Source of the DNA: Octopus bimaculoides
Taxonomy: Eukaryota
NCBI RefSeq assembly: GCF_001194135.2
Contig: NC_068996.1
Location: 2,745,017 to 2,798,224 of the forward strand
DNA: 53,208 bases
Direction: 5' to 3'
The position numbers were made by a program, and so were the translations under genes. Shown piece after piece: positions 1 through 14,203 of this stretch; the first letter of the stretch is position 1; each line of letters opens with the position of its first letter. The notes under the pieces were generated by a model, which saw only the letters and a list, made by a program, of their open reading frames with translations, had not been told where the DNA came from and did no database searches.

Positions 1-299
1 ATATATATATATATATATATAAAGATATATATAGATATAAATATATATGTATATTATTAACTACATATACTTAATGTATATGCTTTGTGTATTTTCCATA
101 TGGTGGCAGAGTATATACACTCTTAAAGTGCCAGGTGTTAAAATACCTTAGAGTCATGGACAAGTGAAATAACTCACCTTCAATCCCATTTGGAAGTGAT
201 GGACTCTGAATGTTTCACCAGTTTTGTGGCTTGTCAACATTACTTACGGTATTGTGCATAATGTGTGTGTGTGTCTGTGTGTGTATATTGTGTCTCCCC

Positions 300-500
300 A
301 TATCATCATCATAATCATCCAACATCTCTCTTTCGTGCTTGCATGAGCTGGACAATGTGAGAGGGTCCAACAGGTCAGAGGGCTGCATCTGGCTCCAATA
401 TCTACTTTGACATGGTTTTCAGCATGGTTACCCTTCTTAATGCCAATCATTTTATAGTGTACAACTGATCACTTTTGTGACACCAGCTCTAGTGAGCTCA
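300..500 (-). mobile_element. Degenerate RTE-family 3' end fragment
   Basis: (CAT)n tail followed by sequence similar to the better copies at 26044 and 28482. Confidence 0.55.
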
Positions 501-849
501 CCAAGCAACTCACAAAGCAAACAAACAGCTATCTCATCTGAGTGGGATCTTAGTAGACAGTTTTATGCCAAGTGTTGAGGGTTTAGTAGGTATGATAGAA
601 GAACAGGCATGCATGTTTTGCTGTAGAGGAGGTACATGACTATCCAGACTGATATTTTAACAATTCTGTTGATGGCTTATATCTGCTGTCTTCCAGTTAA
701 CTTTCTTCTTTCTGTTCAGGCAGTTGGTTATGTATCTAAGAACCCCAATAATTATGGCTATAAATCTAACCATTGTACACTCATACACACATCTGTATTA
801 TACACACATACACAGACACAGAAAGGAATAGATTGGCATTATGCTCTGT

Positions 850-1230
850 GATGTCAGGATCAGAGGTGTGAAGTGTTCAGGAATGCAAGACAGTTTGTGA
901 GAAAGAACTTGGATGTCATTGGTAAGAAGTGTATTCAGAATGATGAAAGTATACTCACCACTGATAAGGAAGACGAGAAAGTGGTATGGAAGTGCTATAA
1001 TGAGAAGCTGTTGAATATAGAGAAAGAATAGGACAGAGAAGGACTACAACATGCTGACCCTACAGAGGGATCAGTAATTCAAGTTGACAGCAGCATGGTA
1101 GATAAAATGATTAAAGGCATAAGAGCTGTGGGTCCAACAGAAATAATTGTAGATATGCTCAAAATATCAGATGAAGTAAGGCACATGATTATCACGTAGA
1201 TAGCTAAACAAATCATACCTAATGACGTTT
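850..1230 (+). mobile_element. Degenerate RTE LINE ORF fragment (region upstream of RT)
   Basis: Resembles the reverse complement of about 8200-8700 within the long RTE remnant; multiple stops. Confidence 0.5.
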
Positions 1231-1760
1231 CATCCTCCAACATTTCTTTATTATATTCACCCTCTTAGACCTATTCCCTATTTCTGGTTATTTGTCATTC
1301 TCCCATACGCTCTTGCAACCTCTTCTAACTTATGTGTCCTGTTCTCATGGCCCCATACACTTCTGCTCACCTGACACTTCTTCACCACTGTTCTTATTTT
1401 CCATCCTAGCCACTTCTGCCCTCTCTTGTAAGTTGCTGTGTTACTTTTCTACATCAAGAAACCATTTCTCATGCATTTATCCCTCATCTCATAGCATAAA
1501 ACCAGCTCCCTCTCTTCTGTAGTCAAAGGAGTCTTAGTCTTGTAGGCTGCATAGCAATCTCATTTGTGCTGGGACCATGAAAATAGCCTCTGGTACATGC
1601 TGTAAAATAGTTGGTGTTAGGAAGAGCATCTAGCCATAGAAACCATGCCACAGAAGACTGTAGAGTATGATATATGGTAGCATAGGACATGGACATTGAA
1701 CTATGGTAATGATTATGATACACACACACACACACACTTCTGACTTGCTCAAAGTACTTC

Positions 1761-2053
1761 TGCGTGGCATCTTAGCAAGTGTCTTCTACTATACTCTTGG
1801 GCTGACCAAAGCCTTGTGCATGGATTTGGTAGATAGAAACTGAAAGAAGCTCATCATGTGCATGTGTGTGTGTGAAGACCAGTGTTAGTGTGTTTACATC
1901 CTTGTAACTTAGTGGTTCAGTAAAAGAGACTGATAGAATAAATACCAAGCTTAAAAAAGAAGTACTGGGGTTTATTTGTTCGACTAAAATACTTCAAGTT
2001 GGTCCCCCAGCATGGCCGCAGTCAAATGAGTGAAACAAGTAAAAGTTAAAAGA
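1761..2053 (+). mobile_element. tRNA-derived SINE family A, 5'-truncated copy
   Basis: Shares body and 3' end (ccagcatggccgcagtcaaatga.tgaaacaagtaaaag) with 15732-16120. Confidence 0.75.
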
Positions 2054-2056
2054 TAC

Positions 2057-2121
<65 letters not shown>

Positions 2122-2499
2122 TCCTATTTGAACATGTATTTACTACAAGATAAATAGTTAACTATAAATTGGGTTATTTAGAGTTGTGGCATTAGTCTTC
2201 TTGAGAAAAATGAAACAGAGTTCAACAGCCCATAAAAATACCTAATTACTAGTGGGCCAAATCCTATCTCTAGAAAATGAACTCAGGCCTTGGTTCTTTT
2301 GCAAACTTTTCCAAAATAGCACTATTTACTTGATCCTTCTTCACAAGTAGAATGCAACTTTTGGTGGCCATTGATCTGAACAAATTGAGATATAAACTGA
2401 ACCAGATGAATTTCATTTTGAACATTATAATCTCTTAATTCATAATAATTGTTTCCTAAGAACTCATATGAGTAATTAACAAAATTGACACGGGTATAC

Positions 2500-2713
2500 T
2501 ACGAGGCGGGTGCTGAAAAGGCTTTAAGGATACCATGAAAGGCCTGTTGGAGGCCCAACCTTCCGAGTTCTTTTACAGAGCTTAGAAAAACTGAAGGATC
2601 ACTGCAATAAGTGTGTGAATCTGAGAGGAGAATATGTTGAATAAAATCATAATTAACTGATCCTCCTGTATTTTCTTTTACCTCAAAACCAGCAGCTTTT
2701 CAGCAAACCCTTA
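2500..2713 (+). mobile_element. Mariner-derived MITE (internal deletion derivative)
   Basis: Imperfect TIRs tacgaggcgggtgctgaaaag ... cttttcagcaaaccctta. The interior resembles the extreme C-terminus of a mariner transposase (..KCVNLRGEYVE*). Confidence 0.65.
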
Positions 2714-2760
2714 TAAGATTCAAACACATATAAGGTTAAATGCAACACTGATCTAATCTT

Positions 2761-2995
2761 CTTTTCTACTCTTGGCACAAGGCCTGAAATTCTGGGAGAG
2801 GGGGGCCAATTAATTAGATCGACCTCAGTACGCAACTGGTACTTAATTTATCAACCCCCCCCCCCNNNNNNNNNNCCGCCAAAAGGATGAAAGGCAAAGC
2901 TGACCTTGGTGGAATTTGAACTCAGAACGTAAAGACAGACGAAATACTGCTAAGCATTTCGCCCAGCCTGCTAACGATTCTGCCAGCCTGCCACT
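2761..2995 (-). mobile_element. tRNA-derived SINE family B
   Basis: Reverse complement begins ggcaggctggcagaatcgttagc...gagttcaaattccacc (A/B-box-like) and matches the copies at 18016 and 33315. Contains a 10-N gap. Confidence 0.75.
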
Positions 2996-3997
2996 TTCTA
3001 ACCTGGAGTATCATGTCACAAAGTGCTAGTTAACATTAAGGTAGGATAGTTAGAGGTGTGGCATTAGTCACATGACCAATAGGGATCAGACTTTTAACAG
3101 CTAAAAAAACAAATACATAAAACTGCATTGAGCTCATGTAAAAATACATATTTAGATCTGAGACAGTTCCTTCTTCTGCAAGCCAGATTCAAGGCTTACT
3201 TCATCAGTTTGTGGTGTATAATATTTTTGTAATATTCACTTTTTTTTTAAATTTGAAATGGTTATTTGAATAAATATATCAGTTAATATTACATACTAAT
3301 TCAGTTTATATAAACTGAAGTGGTTGAAATAAGCCAAGGAGTGTAAACCAGTACCATAAAAAGTATTTATTGATTTGGTTGATTAAATAAATAAGCAATC
3401 ATTGAAATATGAAGACTTTTAGGGGTTATCTGGATTGTTACTTTAACACACACACGTGCTTTTGTTTTGTTTTTTTGTTTTTTTTTTTTGGTATGGGATG
3501 GTGGAGGGATGTAGTTAATCAGTGCTGCTAGCAATGAAAGAAACTGTTCATAGTGGCAGGTGGGGAGCACTGAAGATATAAGTAAAACAGTAAAGGATTA
3601 TTATTTTAGGAATCAGACCAGAAAGGCCTTTAGAGCTATAGTAGAGTCACATTTCTAAAGCATCTGGTTAATGATCATGGTGTGAAGTATGGTCAGAAAT
3701 AGGCAATAATAATAATAATGATAATAATATTGATGATGATACCAGACCACCTGAGACTGCAAACTAGATGTATAAGTGTTTTTTTTTTCTTTTTAAATAT
3801 TTTCCTTGTTACCTACTTTACCTAGGTTACAAAAACAAGATTGTAAAAAAAAAAAAAGACTTCTAACTGTAACATAAAATGTTAAAGAGTAAGAATAACA
3901 AATAGTTACTGCAACAACAACTATAGCAGACAGCTCCAGTGGTTGGAATACATATATATATATACACACATACATACACACATAAACACACACAAGT

Positions 3998-4048
<51 letters not shown>

Positions 4049-4474
4049 CAAATCATTTTAATGATGTACCACAAAATATTTTCTTTTCAACATCCATACT
4101 CTGCTCACAAATGTGTGCGTTTGTGTGTGTATGCCAAATGCTGCTCACAAACGAGTGTGTCTAAACATATACATGTATGTTTAGCAGTCGTGCTTTAAAC
4201 ACTTCCCAACTTCTCTTTCATATACCTAGTGGTGAGGATTATATTCCTACATAAATCCAATACGGTCTTATCTGAGTATACTATGAATCATTGTCTTAAG
4301 TAAAATGATCAAAAATTCTTTCTTTGCACTTTCTGCTGTTTTATAATTTTTCAAACTCTTATGTGTATCGTTACTGTATGAAGTGAAACTAACTAAAGGC
4401 CTCTTGCATTATATGAAGAATATGTTGTAGAAGAATAGTTTACCACTTCACAGAATAATAATAATGATGATGAA

Positions 4475-4680
4475 CCTTTTGAGCAGGATGAGCTACTCAA
4501 CCTGAAGAAAATTTTAACTGGGCTTCACCTGCAAGGTCAAGCGCTGTTTATCTTGATATAAGACCATCATTTTGTGCACATGTGGTTATGATGTATGTGC
4601 CTGGTGTACCCTTATCAGACGGGTAGTCATGATGGGTATACTGGGCTTTGTATATTTGTACCCCAGTGCTTTCTCATTCA
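4475..4680 (+). repeat. Partial copy of the (AAT)n-associated interspersed repeat at 52140-52710
   Basis: accttttgagcagga...cctgaagaaaatt.taactggg...cacctgcaaggtca is shared with about 52474-52650. Confidence 0.7.
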
Positions 4681-4816
4681 GTAATGATTTCTTTTATAAT
4701 AATTGTTGTCATCATAAGAATTTATAAGTTATCTGATTCTTCTTCAGAACTGGATCTCAAAGCAAATAAATGCTATGAATAATGAATACACTTATTTATT
4801 GCTTATAGCATTTATG

Positions 4817-5703
4817 TATGAGGGGGTACCCAAAAGGAAACCTTCTCTGTTGAACAAACCGGTTGCTGTTAGGGCTTCTCCTGCTAGCAGCCACTTGATG
4901 CAATCCTCAGATATCTGGTGGCATCAAGTGGGGTCTTACTGCCACGTGGTGCATGTTTGTGTTGCAGTGTTTGTCAGTTTTTGCAATAGTTGAAATGAAG
5001 GAACAGCGTGCTTCCATGAAATTCTGTTTTCTGCTGGGGAAAATGGCAGTTGAAACAGTTGTCATGCTTCAGACAGCTTACAAGGACACTGTTATGAGCA
5101 AAGCACAAGTTTACGAGTGGTTTCCATGCTCTAGGAATGATCACTTGTCACTTGAAGACCAACCTCGTTCAGGGCAACTGTTGACCTCCTGAATGAATGA
5201 AAACATCACAAAAGTTCATGAACTGATCTTGGACAACCATTACCAAACGATGTACTTGTTGATATGACTGGTGTGTCCTGGGGCTCCTGCCAATGAAATT
5301 TTGAGCGAGAAATTGCGAATGCAAAGAGTTGCAGCAAAATTTGTGCTTTGCTTGCTCACAGAAGATCAAAAGCAGTCACGACTGAATGCTTGTTGTGAAG
5401 TGAAAGAACAGATGGAAGTTGAGCTGGACCTTTTTTTTTTTTTTTTTTGAAGGCCATCACTGGTGGATGAAAGCTGTTGCTATGGAATTTGTTGATGTGG
5501 AAGAGATGGAGAAAAAAACATAAAAAATGATGGAGGCATTAAAAGGCTAGATTTCTAGGACTGCTTTAAACAGTGGAAAGCACATATGAACCAAAGCATT
5601 GCTTCAAATGGAGAATACTTTGAAGGTGATAAAAGTGTAAACATGTAAAACTAAGTGAATGAAATAATATTGCAAAATTCTGGTTTCTTTTGAGTACCTC
5701 ATA
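4817..5703 (+). mobile_element. Internally deleted mariner element with transposase pseudogene
   Basis: TA-flanked TIRs tatgagggggtacccaaaaggaaacc / ggtttcttttgagtacctcata. N-terminal HTH region MKEQRASMKFCFLLGK..ETVVMLQTAY..VYEWF..LEDQPRSG, then AAKFV..LTEDQKQSRL. Most of the catalytic domain is missing. Confidence 0.85.
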
Positions 5704-5754
5704 TGTGCTTTGAGATCCAGTTCTAAAAAAGAATAATAAAACTAATAATAATAA

Positions 5755-6700
5755 TCATCATCATCACTTAATATTGGCCTTCTATACTAGCATGGGTAGG
5801 ATGGCTTGACAGAATCTGTCCAGGCAGAAGACTTCTGTGACTGTTTTGGCAAGGTTTTTACTGTTGGATTCCCTTCCTAACACCAATCACCCAACAGAGT
5901 GGGCTGAGTACTTTTTATGTGGCACAAGCACAGGTGAGGTCAGTTTTGGCATGGTTTTTACTGCTGGATGCCCTTCCAAATGCCAACCACTTCACAATGT
6001 GGACTGAATGCTTTTTAAGTAGCACCTGTGCTGGCAAGGTCACCAAGTAGCTTGCAAGATAAAAATCCTTTGAGAGGGGAGGGGGAATTGGAGGAGGAGG
6101 AGGTGATCTTGTGTCAGATGATGAAGGGTGAGTGAGAGAGAGAGAGGCAAAGAGGGGTGTGTTGCTGTAGAGGAGGTACAAGGTTACCCAGATGGGGAGG
6201 GAGAGAGTGATCAGGAATGAGGACAGAAACAGGTGTGTGATTGTAAAGGAGATACATGGTTACCCATCCTGAAGGAAGAGGAAGGAAAATGGAGAGTGAG
6301 AGACAACAAGAGTGCAAGAGAGAGCAGGAGAGAGATGGTGGTGGAGTGTCAGGGCATACTCACAGGGGACAGGGATCAGAATATAAATGGGATGGTAGAG
6401 TTGAAGAAAAAAATAGATGGTGGCAAGTGCCAGGGCATCTATCTTGAGGTACGGAGGTTATAATACAAGTGGCAGGGCATTGCCAATGGGACATGAGTAG
6501 AGAGTGGGGGAGGGGAATGCAGTGAGTGGTGAAGACCTGAGTATATAGAGCAGGGTGCCATTGGATAGCAATGATACAATGAGCAGGGCTGTGAGGACAG
6601 GATTAGTGAGTGAGAGATAAGCATAGAGCTTGAAATAGGAAATATGCAGAAATGATGTAGTTTCGTTGTTAGGGTGTGTGAAAATTTTATTTTTATGTGT
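5755..6700 (-). mobile_element. Degenerate RTE-family 3' end with adjoining purine-rich low-complexity segment
   Basis: (CAT)n tail, ggatgcccttcc.aa.gccaaccac motifs occurring twice, and repeated tgtagaggaggtacatggttacc blocks. Confidence 0.5.
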
Positions 6701-6719
6701 GGATGGAACGCACAGCACT

Positions 6720-8730
6720 TCTAGAACTCCGTTTTGTTGATGTGGGCATCTCCTCTCAAGAACCCCATATTGCCAGACATCTCAGTCCATTGTCATTTCT
6801 TCTGTGAGATCCAATATCCTTAGATGGATCCTTACTACTTCATCCCATATCTTCCTGGGTCTCTCTCTTCCACAGGTACCACCCACTTTCTATGATCAGC
6901 ACTTCTTTTATACAGCTATCTTCATACGCATGCATCACATCTCCAAACCAACATAGTCTTCTCTCTTGCATTTGATTCCTTTTATGTCCAACTTTTCTCT
7001 CAATACATTTCCACCTTGTCTTACATGTACACCGATGTTGCACATCCAGTGGAGTATATTACCTTCATTTCTCTCCAGTCTGCACATGTCTTCTACATTC
7101 AGATCCCATGCCTCACTCCCGTGGAGTATAGCCATTTATACACAACCATCATACAATCTACCCTTCACTCTGAGAGAGAGTCTTTTTGTTGCCAGCAGAG
7201 GTAATAGCTCTCTGAACTTCCTCTATCCTATTCTTATTCTTGAAACAATACTTTCAGAGCATTCTCCACCACTGCTTATTTGGTCACCTAGGTAATAGAA
7301 ACTATCTACAACCTCAAGAGAGCTTCCTGAGCATTTGAGAGAGAACTAAATCCTGTGTGCTTTCAGTGCTTATTGTCCCTGCATATCTGCCATATACAAA
7401 GATGACTTTATCCTTTAATCTACCTATTATTCCATTGCACCTCTTATGAGTCCAAAGCTTACACTGGGAATGGCAAATGGAATTACTTCCCACTTTCTTA
7501 CATATCGAGCGGCCCCATTTACCTGACAACAACTTTGGTCTTTGCCAGGTTAACTTTAAGGCCCTCTGATTCCAAGTTTTACTTCCATACCTGGAATTTT
7601 TTCTCTGTTTCTGCTAAAGGTTCTGCAATAAGAGCAAGATCATCAGCATAAAGTGGTTCCCTTGGGCATCAAGTTTTGAATTCTTCTGTTACGGCCTGGT
7701 GGACTCTAATGAATAAGAGTGGACTGAGAACTGAACCTTGGTGAACCCCTATTTGTACACTCAATTCATCACTGTATTCATGGCCGACTTTCACCTTCTT
7801 GACAGCACCTCTGTATATGGCTTATACAGCTCTAACAAGCCACTTTTCTACTACTAACTTCATTAGAGACCACCAGATAACAGAGCAAGGAACTCTGTTG
7901 AAAGCTTTCTTCAGGTCAATGAAAGCTAAGTATAATGGCTTACTTTTGGCCAAATACTTTTCCTACGGCTTTCTCACTAGGAAGATGGCATCTGTGCTAC
8001 TCTTCTCAAGAACATGACCAAACTTCATCTTGTCTAGTTTAATTCTATTCTTAATCAATTGAGCTGTAACCCTCTCGGTAACTTTCATGACTTGGTCTAG
8101 CAATTTAATACCTCTGTAGTTGTTTGTATCTAAGGCATCGTCTTTACCCTTGTAGCAGCTAACTATAATACTACTACATCAGTCATTGGGGATGGTGCCT
8201 TCCTGAATAACCTGATTAACTATACAGGTGACTAGGCTGTATCCTACACCACCAGATATTTTAATAATCTCTACAGTGATTCCTGATGACCCAGGGACTT
8301 TCCCTCTCTTCATTTACTTGATTGCCTTATCTATTGTGCTGCTATCAACTCTGATGGCTGGTCCCTCAATTGGTTCAACATTTGAAAGACTCTCCTTCTC
8401 CCATGCATTTTCCACATTTAGTAACCTGTCATAGTGTTGCTTTCATGTCTCAATAATAATAGTAATGTGTTTAAGTTTGCTTCCAAACCACATGATTTTG
8501 GCTTCATTGTCTGCTGAAATTATGTGGATTAAAAGCAAACTCCATTATGTTCCTACTACACTCATATGTGATATGGCCCATAGAAATTCTGAGAGTGTAA
8601 AGTGTACATTAAGCATGAGCTGGAGATCTTTTATACGTGACACAGAAGTTCTAGGAAGGCAAGTTGCTTCCGCATCAAAGCTCATGTCATCAAGGACCAT
8701 ATGTGGTAAGTAAGGTTGGTCCTGCCATCT
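6720..8730 (-). mobile_element. RTE-clade LINE remnant with reverse transcriptase pseudogene
   Basis: Minus-strand motifs AFIDLKKAFNRVP (about 7890-7930), VQIGVHQGSVLSPLLF (about 7710-7760) and LYADDLALIAE (YADD 7639-7650). The C-terminus reads LHGSEAW..LERNE..LHWMC / QERRLCWFG. Many stops and frameshifts. Confidence 0.9.
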
Positions 8731-9013
8731 TTCTTCAGATTTTAAAATGTTTTACTTTATAGAAATTAGTTCTTTCTAAGAATCTCCAAAACATGTCAGA
8801 AAAGAGATTTCATGACATCACTTAAATATTTTAAATGAAGTCAGCGTTACATAGTTATCTGTGGATGCATGGTTAAAGAGCTATCTATGTTACAGAGATA
8901 TATCTGGAATGAGAAAGTGATCTTGCTTGAAATCAAGCTCATGGCCACCATGTACATAATGCATGTGGATTTTTTCTATGTATCTATGTATGACTATGCA
9001 TTATATGTGTGTA

Positions 9014-9085
<72 letters not shown>

Positions 9086-9139
9086 GAGAGACATGCGCAC
9101 ACACACAGACACTTATATTTTATTGTATGTTTATTATGT

Positions 9140-9340
9140 TGCCATCGTCATCATCATTTAACATCTGTTAAATGGGTTGGACAGTTTGACAGGATCTGAT
9201 ATATCCAAGGACTGCATCAAGCTCCAGTGTCTGTTTTGGCTTGGTCTCTATGATTGGATGGCATTCCTGATGCCAACCACTTTACAGTCTGGTCCAGGTA
9301 CTTTCTTTGTACTTACACCTGCACTGTCAAGGTCACTATT
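9140..9340 (-). mobile_element. Degenerate RTE-family 3' end fragment
   Basis: catcatcatcatttaacatctg...gggttggacagtttgac matches the other copies. Confidence 0.65.
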
Positions 9341-9779
9341 CAGCTCATACAACTACAAACTCTGGTGTGGAGGTCAGCTTCGTGCTAGGAGAAGAGAGAA
9401 TTGAATTATGAGTAGAAGTGGGGCAATGTAGATGACTGCCCAAATGGGTAGGGTTGAAAGGTTGATGAACAAGGAGCCTTGAGTTGGGGAAAGTAAAGGG
9501 ATGCAGAAGAGAGTAGTGGGAGGTAAGTAGCAAGAGTAGTGAAGATGATACTGTTTTCTGGAGTAGAAGCAAAGAGAGAAGAATGACCTGGTCGGCATGG
9601 TGAAGTTGGGAACGAGAAGAGGCAAGCTTTATGCATGGGAACATGGATGAGCCACTATGTGTTATGTGTATGTACTCATGTATGTGTGTGTGTAGAGATT
9701 GATAGACAGACATCTATATACACACAGCACAACACACATGTGTAAAAACTGAGAGGACTTGTTCTTATATTCATTAAAC

Positions 9780-10230
9780 TTCAGAATTTCTCACTCTCTA
9801 CAAGGATATAATCTGATATTTGTAGGCACACTTCAGTGTATCCCATGTCCTGTTGGACTTATCTCTAAATTAAAAGTGACAGCCATTGAAAATGGTCTTT
9901 TCCAATATTTTGAAATTCTCCCTACTCAGCGACCATCTATGCAACATCCAGAGTTAGATTCCCTCTTTATGTCATTCACCTATAGACTTACACTTTAGAG
10001 AAATTCAATGAAAACGATGTCGGTGTTTATATCAGCAAAGCTTTTGACCTTGTCCGGTATGCATATCTTCTCTGAAAACTTCTCGCTGTGGGCTTTACCC
10101 ATTTCTCATCTCTTGGATCTGTAGCTTCCATGCTACAGATGTCTTGATGCAGCTATTTCTGCTTCATTTACAACCACTTGTAGTGTGCCTAAGGTTTGGT
10201 CTTGTCACCCTGGCTTTTTCTCTTCAGGGC
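9780..10230 (+). mobile_element. CR1/L2/Jockey-like LINE reverse transcriptase remnant
   Basis: Degenerate RT motifs ISKAFDLV..LL*KL...GF...SWI.SF at about 10030-10130, and a VPxGS-like segment near 10185. Confidence 0.55.
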
Positions 10231-10290
10231 CATAATGTTCAACCCCTAACAGTTGCTCACACTTTGCTCCTATACCTCGGATCATACTGT

Positions 10291-10323
<33 letters not shown>

Positions 10324-10481
10324 ACACACACACACACACACAGACACCCTGGTCCACACATCTAATTGGCATTAAATCACTGACATACATGCATGTGTGT
10401 GTGAGTGTATACATATATATGTATAAGTACAGATTTACTGTTTGAAGTAAGCATTACATCTGTAAATATAGAGGCTACCAA

Positions 10482-10560
10482 CTTACCTATCCTCCCACAT
10501 ACCTACTTACCTATCCTCCCACATACCTACTTACCTATCCTCCCACATACCTACTTACAT
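10482..10560 (+). repeat. 24-bp tandem repeat, about 3.3 copies (cttacctatcctcccacataccta)
   Basis: Directly visible; it produces the LPILPHTY repeat in the ORF track. Confidence 0.9.
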
Positions 10561-11567
10561 ACCAAAGCTACATGCCTTAAATACTTGTACATTTTCTCTT
10601 TCTCTTTTTTTTCACTACAATACTATGCTTACATACAAATCATACAATGTCTTAAATATTTTCTACTCTACTTCAGCATTCTTACCCTAAATATAGATAT
10701 TTGAAAATCAAGTCTGAATAACTCTCTCTCTGTATCTCGCACTTCCACACACCTTAATCATTTTACTTTTGACACTCTTTATATCACTTTCTGTATATAA
10801 CTTTGTTTCTCTCCTCTTCCCCCGTGCTCCTTTATGTCACTTCATACATAGTTTAGCTTTCTAAATTACGATAAAATGTAAAAATTAACAGTTTGTAAAA
10901 ATTACCTTATTTACATATATTATGTACATTGTGAGTTGTACAGAATTCTCTTTTGAAACTCATGATTCAGAATCTAATTGCATGCTGTGCTACCTTGAGC
11001 AAGTGTCCCTACCAGTTTGACAAATGCCTTGCAAGTGGAAATTTAGTAGATGGAAACTCTACTTGGATCTGTCATATATACACATTAATGCATAGACGCA
11101 CACACAAACACATACATAACACACATACATACATAACATACATGCATTCATATATACATGCATACATACATACATACATACATTCATATATACATACATA
11201 CATACATAATACATACGTAGGTATGCTCTTGGGTTGAACTTATACCTTTACATGTGCATATGTGGATTAGTAAGCATTCTCTTTCTTCAACAGCCTCACA
11301 TAGTATCACTTCCATCTTACTTCTATTTCCAGCAACAGTAAAGGCATGTGTGCATCCAACATTCCAAACAAACTTTTTTACCATATATTGTAATATATAT
11401 GCATATATGTGTGTTTGTATGAAGAGAGATAAGGAAAGCGTGATTGATAAATGGTTTATCAACATCCTTTTATGCTTGGGTTGTGCTGGGCTGGTTACTA
11501 CAGTCCAGTTTAGTCTTTATTTAGAATTACTATCCACTTAGATGCCTCATAAGATATATATATATAT

Positions 11568-11667
11568 NNNNNNNNNNNNNNNNNNNNNNNNNNNNNNNNN
11601 NNNNNNNNNNNNNNNNNNNNNNNNNNNNNNNNNNNNNNNNNNNNNNNNNNNNNNNNNNNNNNNNNNN
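11568..11667. other. Assembly gap of exactly 100 N (possibly an unknown-size placeholder). Other gaps: 2866-2875, 24640-24684, 30382-30409, 32630-32943, 38254-38651, 42935-42944, 43132-43235, 46732-46741
   Basis: Runs of N in the sequence. Confidence 0.97.
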
Positions 11668-11716
11668 AATAATAATAATAATCATGAATGATGGGTTATA
11701 TACGGGTGAAGTAATA

Positions 11717-12345
11717 TCTGTATATTTGTGAAAGGCAGGATGTGTGTGTGTGTATGTACATGAATGTAATTTATGCACGTCCACAAATTAGCACGCATGT
11801 CGCTCCAATTTTAGGAGGACGTTCGTCACAACCCTAGCTGTATTTTCATCAAATTATTTTTCCCAAGGCACCCACAGGTAGCAGTAAAAATCGATTTTCA
11901 GCCTTAACTTTTACCAATTTTGAAGTTTGCTAACATGAGTTAAGTCCCTTCTTGCCATAGCGAAATGAAAATGTGTGTGTGTGTGTCTGAGGGAGAGAGA
12001 GTTGTTTGATGCATGTGTGTATCTGTGAGGGAGAGAGAAGTTGTTTGTTGATGTATGTGTGAGGGAGGGAGAGAGTTATTGACAGCGTTCATCAAAAATA
12101 AAAATCTAAAATGTTTTTTTTTCTTAAACACGAGATATAATATTCAAATTTAGGATGTTTTTGAAAGACACTATATTTTATAATCAGATTATATATACTT
12201 TTTCACAAAACAATTAAAATATATTTATTTTAAATCGTTAATTTTTCTCCTCCCCCCTCTCTCACACACACACATTACTTTGGGCGTGAAAGAATTTTGT
12301 TTTTATTTTACGCCGAGGAAAAAAGTGTTTTGCTGAGAATCCATT
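11717..12345 (+). mobile_element. 5' part of a non-autonomous Helitron-like element (3'-truncated copy)
   Basis: Starts A|TC..aaaggcaggatgtgtgtg and is closely similar to 45918-46240, including gaaaaaagtgttttg at 12317 and 46217. No CTAG end was found. Confidence 0.6.
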
Positions 12346-12479
12346 TATTTAACAAAGAAACAAAGAGGTAGGTAACAATTTGTCAGTGAATTACACAATA
12401 TAAATGGGTAAAATTTCCGAGGCTTCCACCACACCCCACCCTGTTTCTCGGACCACAAAAAGTGTTTTGTAGCATATTA

Positions 12480-12975
12480 GGAGGCCAGGGTGGAAGAGGT
12501 AGACCCAAGAAGACATGGTATGAGGTGGTGAAGTATGACCTTTGAACATTAGGCCTCACAGAGGCAATGACAGGAGACCGGGACGTTTGGAGATATGCTG
12601 TGATTGAAGATCTGGCAACTAAAGTGAGATTGCAGCCATGCATGAATATTAAGAATATCCCTGATGCATCGGATGATAGGATATGCTTGAGAAGACCTGT
12701 TGAGACAAGTAAAACCAGAATCGTAGCTGTTGCCAGTGCTCCTTACCTGGCTCCTGTGCTGGTAGCATGTAAAAAGTACTATGCGAATGTGATTGATGCC
12801 AGGTCTGCTTAACTGGCTCCACTGCCGGTGGCACATAAAACGCACCCACTACACGCTCGGAGTGGTTGATGTTAGGAAGGGCATCCAGCTGTAGAAACGC
12901 TTCCAGATCAGATTGGAGCCTGGTGCAGCCTTCTGGCTCTCCAGACCTCAGTCAGACCATTCAACCCATGCCAAT
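12480..12975 (+). mobile_element. RTE LINE 3' fragment (C-terminal ORF end plus 3' UTR)
   Basis: GRGRPKKTWYEVVK.DL..LGLTEAMTGDRDVWRYAV, followed by a UTR with about 2 of the 66-bp units. Confidence 0.8.
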
Positions 12976-12990
12976 GATACATGCAACAAG

Positions 12991-13053
12991 TATGCATGTC
13001 AGTAGTTTATACATCAATATGCATGTCAGTAGTTTATACATCAATATGCATGT
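12991..13053 (+). repeat. 27-bp tandem duplication (tatgcatgtcagtagtttatacatcaa x2.3)
   Basis: Directly visible exact duplication. Confidence 0.9.
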
Positions 13054-14203
13054 GTATGGTGTATATGTTCCTTTCTAAGTTGCTTCTTTAGGTATATAGA
13101 TTAATGTATATATGAGCAAAAATAAAGTAAAAATAATAGATAATAAATAAAAATGAATATATATTACACTTTTATTTTATTTTATTCCATGAACATACAT
13201 TTTATTTCACTTTTACTTTCTTTTATTCATTATATTACTTCACCCATATATAACCCATCATTCATGATTATTATTATTATTATGGAATTGAAATAACAGG
13301 AATAATTCTAACACATGCGTCCACACACTAACACACACACACATAATTATTCCAAATGTATCCTTATGTAGTCCTGGTATTGTCCTTTACACACCCTGAT
13401 GATTCTCCCTACAAGCTATTTAAAATGCAAAATTATATATTTATATAGGTTTTGTCATTGTAATTTTGTTTGAGAAATGAAACAATTGTTGGTGATTATG
13501 TTGATTAATTAATAAATGAATTTGTATCCATCTGTTTTGTAAGTCTATAATAATGTTTGATATTTCATGATATTTTATACAATATATTCATTGAACAAAT
13601 ATCTCTTCAATATACAAAATATTAAACCAGTGTATCTTGGATAAAATATCCCTATAAGAGGTTTATACACACACACACACACACACTCATACACTCATAC
13701 ACTCATGTACACATATGCACACATATATGCACACATATGGTTAGTTCACTGGGAATTGGTACTGATATGACACAGATAGACAGACATGGTGGTTGCTGGC
13801 TTTCTCGCATCAGCCTGCATGCCATGCATTCATCAATTAGGCTTTATAAAGTACAAATCAGATCAAGAAGTGAAATGATGATGAGACATCCATTTGTCAT
13901 TGGATTTAAGTGACAGACTTGTACAATACCTTCGCCATTCTTTCAGTCACTGTAGTAAGTTCCAAGGACAAACAGTGAAAGATGACTGCTAATGTTTTGA
14001 CTGAAAGAGCTGCCTTCCCCAATAGCTTTATCAACAATAATGGAAGCTGCCTCTAGCCCCGAGAATAGTACCCTGACAGATACTATTCTGAATCTGAATG
14101 GACCTACGAGTAATGGTAATTAAGAGATGAGCTCATACTCTCCACAGCTCGAGCCTCTCTTCTGGATGCAGAATAATGTCGTTCATATATATGTAACATA
14201 TAT

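Noticed and set aside
13900-14130. Possible RT remnant on the minus strand (IQNSICQGTILG...SSHLSLF)
   Set aside because: Only vague resemblance to RT motifs, with no intact YADD/FADD; too degenerate to call.
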